A stretch of DNA of 64,000 nt, from the NCBI GenBank assembly GCA_033977065.1, contig JAXCHI010000003.1, positions 384,001 through 448,000 of the forward strand, in the 5' to 3' direction. Position numbers and translations under genes: made by a program. This DNA comes from Candidatus Algichlamydia australiensis (GTDB lineage Bacteria; Chlamydiota; Chlamydiia; Chlamydiales; JAJFMI01). The notes beneath the pieces were generated by a model, which made no database searches, was not told where the DNA came from, and saw only the letters and a program-made list of their open reading frames with translations. This document shows positions 59,458-64,000 of this stretch, piece after piece; within the stretch, counting starts at the first letter, position 1; each line of letters starts with the position of its first letter.

Positions 59458-60560
59458 AAAAAATTTTAGCTTTGGTTGGAACACGCCCTGAAGTGATTAA
59501 AGTTTTTCCAGTTGTTGAAGCTCTGCAAAAGCGAAAAGGTATTCTTTGCGAAGTAGCCTTTACAGGACAACACTTAGACTTGGTTATGCCAATTGCACAG
59601 GAGTTAGGGCTATTTTTTTCTCATACTCTTTCTGGTCCCAAAAAAGAAGCAACACTTTCGATGTCAGCCTCAACAATAATGCAGCAAGTAGCAGAGCTTT
59701 TAGAGCAGACAAAACCAGATGTTGTTCTTGTTCAGGGAGATACGACAACAGCGTTTTCTGGAGCACTTGCTGCCTTTTATGCAAAAATCCCAATTGTGCA
59801 CGTAGAGGCAGGTTTGCGTACCTACGACTTGCACGCACCTTTTCCTGAAGAGATGCATCGTGTAGTCATTGACCAACTCGCTTCGATTTTATTTGCACCA
59901 ACTTCAAAAGCTCGGGACAATCTTCTCGAAAAAGGAGTGTTGGACGAAAATATTTGGGTTGTTGGAAATAGTGCAATTGATGCAGTTCGCAAGGTTTATA
60001 AACCCCCGGAAAAAGTCTATCCGCAAATAGTATTGACCATTCATAGACGTGAAAACCAAGGCGTGTACCTTGAAAAAATTTGTGCCGGTGTCAGAAAAGT
60101 AGCAAAGGCTTTTCCCAATTATAAAATCTTAGTCTTCCTTCATCCTAATCCTGAAGTAAATAAGCCGATACGCACCTCTCTTCAGGGGATATCCAATATT
60201 ACTTTTTCTCCTCCTGCAGAGTATTCAGATTTTATTTCACACCTCTCTCGCTCTCTCTTCATTGTTACAGACTCCGGAGGAATTCAAGAAGAGGCGGCAT
60301 TTCTTGGAAAGCCCGTTCTTGTTTTGCGCGAAAAAACAGAGCGAGAGGAGGGGGTAAGAGCGTTAACAGCCAAAATTATTGGAAGGGATGAGCAGGAAAT
60401 TTTTTCCTCTTGCAAGGAACTGCTTGAGGATCAAGAAAAAATTAGCGGGATGGCGAAGGTTCACTACTCTTATGGAGATGGGTATGCAGGAGAGAGGATG
60501 GCAAAAATTATCGAAGAGCAGGTGTTGGAGATAGAAAATGAAACTCCTCTTTTTTGCTGA
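59454..60560 (+). CDS. wecB: UDP-N-acetylglucosamine 2-epimerase (non-hydrolysing)
   Basis: GTRPEVIK, TGQH, VQGDTTT, HVEAGLRT, PFPEE, TDSGGIQEEA. Confidence 0.92.
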   Translation: MKKILALVGTRPEVIKVFPVVEALQKRKGILCEVAFTGQHLDLVMPIAQELGLFFSHTLSGPKKEATLSMSASTIMQQVAELLEQTKPDVVLVQGDTTTAFSGALAAFYAKIPIVHVEAGLRTYDLHAPFPEEMHRVVIDQLASILFAPTSKARDNLLEKGVLDENIWVVGNSAIDAVRKVYKPPEKVYPQIVLTIHRRENQGVYLEKICAGVRKVAKAFPNYKILVFLHPNPEVNKPIRTSLQGISNITFSPPAEYSDFISHLSRSLFIVTDSGGIQEEAAFLGKPVLVLREKTEREEGVRALTAKIIGRDEQEIFSSCKELLEDQEKISGMAKVHYSYGDGYAGERMAKIIEEQVLEIENETPLFC

Positions 60561-61503
60561 TCGCTTACCTCCTCTTACAGGAGGAGTAGAGATGCATGCA
60601 CGCTATTTTTTAGAACATTTTCCTGTTCAGGAAATTGTTAAAAAGGGGATGCCAACAGAAGAAGGAGACATTCTTTTTTTTAATAGTGGGAGGTGGATTG
60701 AGGAGTTGCGAATTTTGAGAAAGCGCTTCCCAAAAGCAAAGTTTGTTTATCGAACAGGGGGCAACGAAATTCTAAAAGCCCCTCTTGAGAAAAAAGTAAT
60801 TTCAAACCATAAGCTGCGGCAAAAATTTTGGGCTCAGGAGATAAATGCTACAATTGATTGCCTGATTACAAACTCAAAATATACGGAAGACAGGTTAAGA
60901 GAGATTGGGATTAAGGTCCCATTTAAACGTGTCGTAGGAGGGGTGAACACGCATGCATTGAAACAGAGAAGAAACGTAAATAAACCTATTACCCTTTTCT
61001 GCTCTGCGCGTTTTGTCCCATATAAAAACCATCATCTCCTCATCACATCATTTCAAGAGCTTCTACGTCGTGGTTATGAGCTAGAGCTGCGCCTAGCAGG
61101 CGATGGCCCTCTGTTAAATAAAATGAAGAACCTGGCGTGCGAAAACCTGAAGTTTTTAGGAGAACTTTCTAATGAAGAGAGTTGTAGAGAAATCGCCCAG
61201 GCAGACATCTATATTCAGCTCAGTTGCAATCACTTAACTAAAGTGCCAGGAGGGTCTTATATTCATTCTGAAGGTATGGGACGATCTTTTTTAGAGGCGA
61301 TCACTGCCGGCACCTTTATTATTGCAGGTCGTAGTGGAGCTCTTGAAGAAATTATTTACGGGGACCGAGGAAAGATTATTGACTTTGATAAGGTTGCTGA
61401 TCAAATGGAACCCTATCTCAAAAAGCCATTTGAGAAAAACCCGTTTACCGACGAGTACAGCTGGAAAAATGTCTTTAAAAAATATGAGGAGATTTTCTCA
61501 TGA
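60538..61503 (+). CDS. GT4 family glycosyltransferase
   Basis: PPLTGGVE, ARFVPYKN, AGDGP, EGMGRSFLEA (EX7E). Confidence 0.85.
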   Translation: MKLLFFADRLPPLTGGVEMHARYFLEHFPVQEIVKKGMPTEEGDILFFNSGRWIEELRILRKRFPKAKFVYRTGGNEILKAPLEKKVISNHKLRQKFWAQEINATIDCLITNSKYTEDRLREIGIKVPFKRVVGGVNTHALKQRRNVNKPITLFCSARFVPYKNHHLLITSFQELLRRGYELELRLAGDGPLLNKMKNLACENLKFLGELSNEESCREIAQADIYIQLSCNHLTKVPGGSYIHSEGMGRSFLEAITAGTFIIAGRSGALEEIIYGDRGKIIDFDKVADQMEPYLKKPFEKNPFTDEYSWKNVFKKYEEIFS

Positions 61504-62612
61504 GAATTCTTCTTGTTACAGAAAAAAATCGACCCTCAATGCAGCAACGGGATGGTGGATCACGTGTTGTCGAAACAATTAAAGAGGCATTTAAGGGATC
61601 TCTCACAATTTTGCAGTTTGCCCAAGAGGATTACCCTTATCAATCCTCCAATCGGTTTGAGCGTCGGATTCGCAACGCGCGCTTTATCGGAAAAAAAGTG
61701 AAAGAGATAGAGAGCGAATTTACCCATATCATCTTTCTTCATGTTTCGATGCAGTTTGGGAGTATAGAATTTCCTTTGCAAGAAGAGTTGAAAATTTGGA
61801 CATTCCCTATGTTTTTAACTCCCTCGTACGAGGCTTCGGGAGAAAAAGTGCCTAAACAGTACACCGAGCTGGAGCATGGAGTGATAAAGAAGGCAAAAAA
61901 CATTCTTACTCCCAGCTATTTGGAGAAAGAGCAACTTATCTCTTTTTATGGCGCTGATCGGGAGGCAATTCATGTCGTGCCTCGAGGTGTTTATACCGAA
62001 TATCTTTTTCCAAAAGTAAGAAATTTTTGTAAGCCATTAAGGGTGTGTAGTGTAGGTTCAATTAAACCGCAAAAAAACACACTTGGTCTTGTGCGTCTTT
62101 TTGCAAAAATTTGCAAGCTCTATCCTGAGGCAGTGTTACAGATTATCGGTCCCTGCCAAGATCACTCTTATGAGAGAAAAGTGATGGAAGAGATAAAAGA
62201 GCTGGGACTTGAAAAACATATTCAATTAGAAGGATATGTCTTTCCCGAAAATTTATCTCAACTTCTTGAAGCGGCGCACATACACCTCTCATGTTCAGCA
62301 TGTGAAACCTTTGGACGCTCAATTTTTGAAACGCTCGCTTTAGGGCTCCCCAATATTGCATTCTTAAAAAACAATGCTGCGGCAGACTTTTTAGAAGGGG
62401 CTTCCTACATCCGGTTTGTTGATAGTGAAAAAGAGGCTCTGTTAGCGCTTGAAGAAATATTAGACAATCTCTCCTACCACTCATCACTTGCAGTTGAAGT
62501 TGGTCATCTATACAGCGATAAGAAGCTAGGCTGCATGATACGAGCAAAGATAGAGGGAGATGATCTCAATCAAAAACAGGAGGAGGTAGAGTATGAAAAA
62601 GAGCTATTATAA
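61500..62612 (+). CDS. GT4 family glycosyltransferase
   Basis: VGSIKPQKN, ETFGRSIFETLALGLP (EX7E). Confidence 0.85.
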   Translation: MRILLVTEKNRPSMQQRDGGSRVVETIKEAFKGSLTILQFAQEDYPYQSSNRFERRIRNARFIGKKVKEIESEFTHIIFLHVSMQFGSIEFPLQEELKIWTFPMFLTPSYEASGEKVPKQYTELEHGVIKKAKNILTPSYLEKEQLISFYGADREAIHVVPRGVYTEYLFPKVRNFCKPLRVCSVGSIKPQKNTLGLVRLFAKICKLYPEAVLQIIGPCQDHSYERKVMEEIKELGLEKHIQLEGYVFPENLSQLLEAAHIHLSCSACETFGRSIFETLALGLPNIAFLKNNAAADFLEGASYIRFVDSEKEALLALEEILDNLSYHSSLAVEVGHLYSDKKLGCMIRAKIEGDDLNQKQEEVEYEKELL

Positions 62613-63516
62613 AGGCTATTGGATGGCAACAAACAGATGCAATCTGCGTTGTAGTTATTGCGTTTTGGAAAATGCCCCTGATCAACTAAGAGCAGAACTG
62701 GACTTGGAATCAAAGAAAGAATTTGTTTCTCACCTCTACAACAATTTGGATTTTCGTCGTTTAACCCTTTCTGGAGGGGAGGTGTTGATTTTTGGAAAAA
62801 AGCCCCCGGAAGAATTTATTGAGCTTTTGCGCCATATTCGCAGTTTTCGATCAGCGGATCGAGAAAAGAACCTTGAAATTGAAGTGTATACGAATGGAAC
62901 TTACCTTAGCGATCGTGTCGCAGACGAAATGAAAGGAGTAGTGGATCTTGTTGCTGTAACAATTGATAGTGCTCAGGAAGAGTTTTTGATGCAAATCGGA
63001 CGGACAAATAGAAAATTTAATCGCTACTTTGAGCAAATTATCCAAGTTAGTAAAAGGCTTGCAGAAAGAGGAATAGAACTAAAATTGCATAGCGTGATCA
63101 GCCAGAAGAATCACATGTTTTTGACGGAAGAAATTGTACGCATTCTGGATGCAATGGAGGCAACAGGGGGAAAGGTAGCGGCGTGGAAATTTTTTCAATA
63201 TATGTCTTACGACTCTCCAGAACGCGATAGAGCACACGCAATTGATGAAAGTACCTACAACGCGTTCAAAGAAAAGGCAAAAAGAGCTTTAGCTGGACGG
63301 CATCCTAAGTTGCACTTTAAGGATAATAAAGAGATGAATAACTCGCTTTTTAACATCCTCTCTTATGGGAATGCTCAGTACATGTGTGAGGGAGATAGTT
63401 GGACAACAAGTCGCAGAACAGAAGATTTACGGAATTATTCATCAATGCAAGATCTCTTTGCAAAACACGAAATTGATGAAAGTCGCTTCCGAGCCTTTCA
63501 TGAGATCAAGCGATGA
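62593..63516 (+). CDS. Radical SAM enzyme, viperin-like
   Basis: CNLRCSYC, SGGE, TNG, IDSAQEEFLMQIGR, KLHSVISQKN, WKFFQ, NKEMNNS, in the same order as viperin motifs. Confidence 0.75.
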   Translation: MKKSYYKGYWMATNRCNLRCSYCVLENAPDQLRAELDLESKKEFVSHLYNNLDFRRLTLSGGEVLIFGKKPPEEFIELLRHIRSFRSADREKNLEIEVYTNGTYLSDRVADEMKGVVDLVAVTIDSAQEEFLMQIGRTNRKFNRYFEQIIQVSKRLAERGIELKLHSVISQKNHMFLTEEIVRILDAMEATGGKVAAWKFFQYMSYDSPERDRAHAIDESTYNAFKEKAKRALAGRHPKLHFKDNKEMNNSLFNILSYGNAQYMCEGDSWTTSRRTEDLRNYSSMQDLFAKHEIDESRFRAFHEIKR

Positions 63517-64000
63517 GTGAATTTATTGTAACTCTAGATATTGATTGGGCTTCTGAAGTCGCCATTGAGATGACATTAGAGTTTTTTAAAAAAGCAAAAA
63601 TTTGCACTACAGTATTTATTACTCACTTCTCTCCATATATAACAGCGAATATGAAGGAGTTTGATGTTGGCCTTCATCCATTTTTTGGAGAAAACTCCTC
63701 ACACGGGAAGACAATCGATGATGTAGTTGCTCACATTACTTCGCTACCTCATAACATTCCTGCATTTCGAGCACACCGTTTTGGGGTTTGTAATAGTTCT
63801 ATGCAGGCGATGCAAGAAGCGGGGATGCTTCTCTCATCAAATGTTTGCACAGATCTTGTTGCAATTGAACCATTTACGAACCGTTTTGGTATGACAGAGC
63901 TTCCCGTTTTTTTAGAGGATGGTGGCTACTTATGGAGAGAGCACTCTTTGAAAGTGGGGCCAATATTAAAGAAGAAACTTATATCGAAAGGGGCCAAAGT
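63513..64000 (+). CDS. Polysaccharide deacetylase-like (NodB/WbmS-type) protein, truncated by the window end
   Basis: Hand translation MSEFIVTLDIDWASE...FITH...GLHPFF...FRAHRF; ATGA overlap with the radical SAM stop. Confidence 0.72.
   Translation, partial: MSEFIVTLDIDWASEVAIEMTLEFFKKAKICTTVFITHFSPYITANMKEFDVGLHPFFGENSSHGKTIDDVVAHITSLPHNIPAFRAHRFGVCNSSMQAMQEAGMLLSSNVCTDLVAIEPFTNRFGMTELPVFLEDGGYLWREHSLKVGPILKKKLISKGAK

Overview
This 64 kb window looks like chromosome from an environmental Chlamydiae-type bacterium. The inference rests on the long GreA fusion, the tandem-domain ThyX, paired TyrP permeases, a TopA with a C-terminal SWIB domain, and nqrA, rpoN and uvrD. Four accessory regions interrupt this backbone. 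(1) 3.5-9.7 kb: a duplicated nqrA 3' end flanks a GNAT gene. It is followed by a YhcG/DUF1016 nuclease pseudogene hit by three different palindromic MITE-like elements plus a nested IS903-like IS, and a stand-alone LanM-N/DUF4135 kinase-like gene. (2) 15.8-22.2 kb: an islet with an HTH+Fic pair, a 2OG-Fe(II) oxygenase, an ATPase-nuclease and a candidate effector. (3) 22.4-44.4 kb: about 22 glycan-modifying genes (8 paralogous PAPS-type sulfotransferases, GT2, GT32, an ABO-like GT6 and others), nearly all with N-terminal signal peptides or anchors, suggesting an exported 'Golgi-like' sulfated-glycan pathway. (4) 56.5-64 kb: a tightly coupled operon of ABC exporter, wecC, wecB, two GT4s, a viperin-like radical SAM enzyme and a deacetylase, running off the window edge. 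All family calls come from motif recognition by eye, not from database searches.
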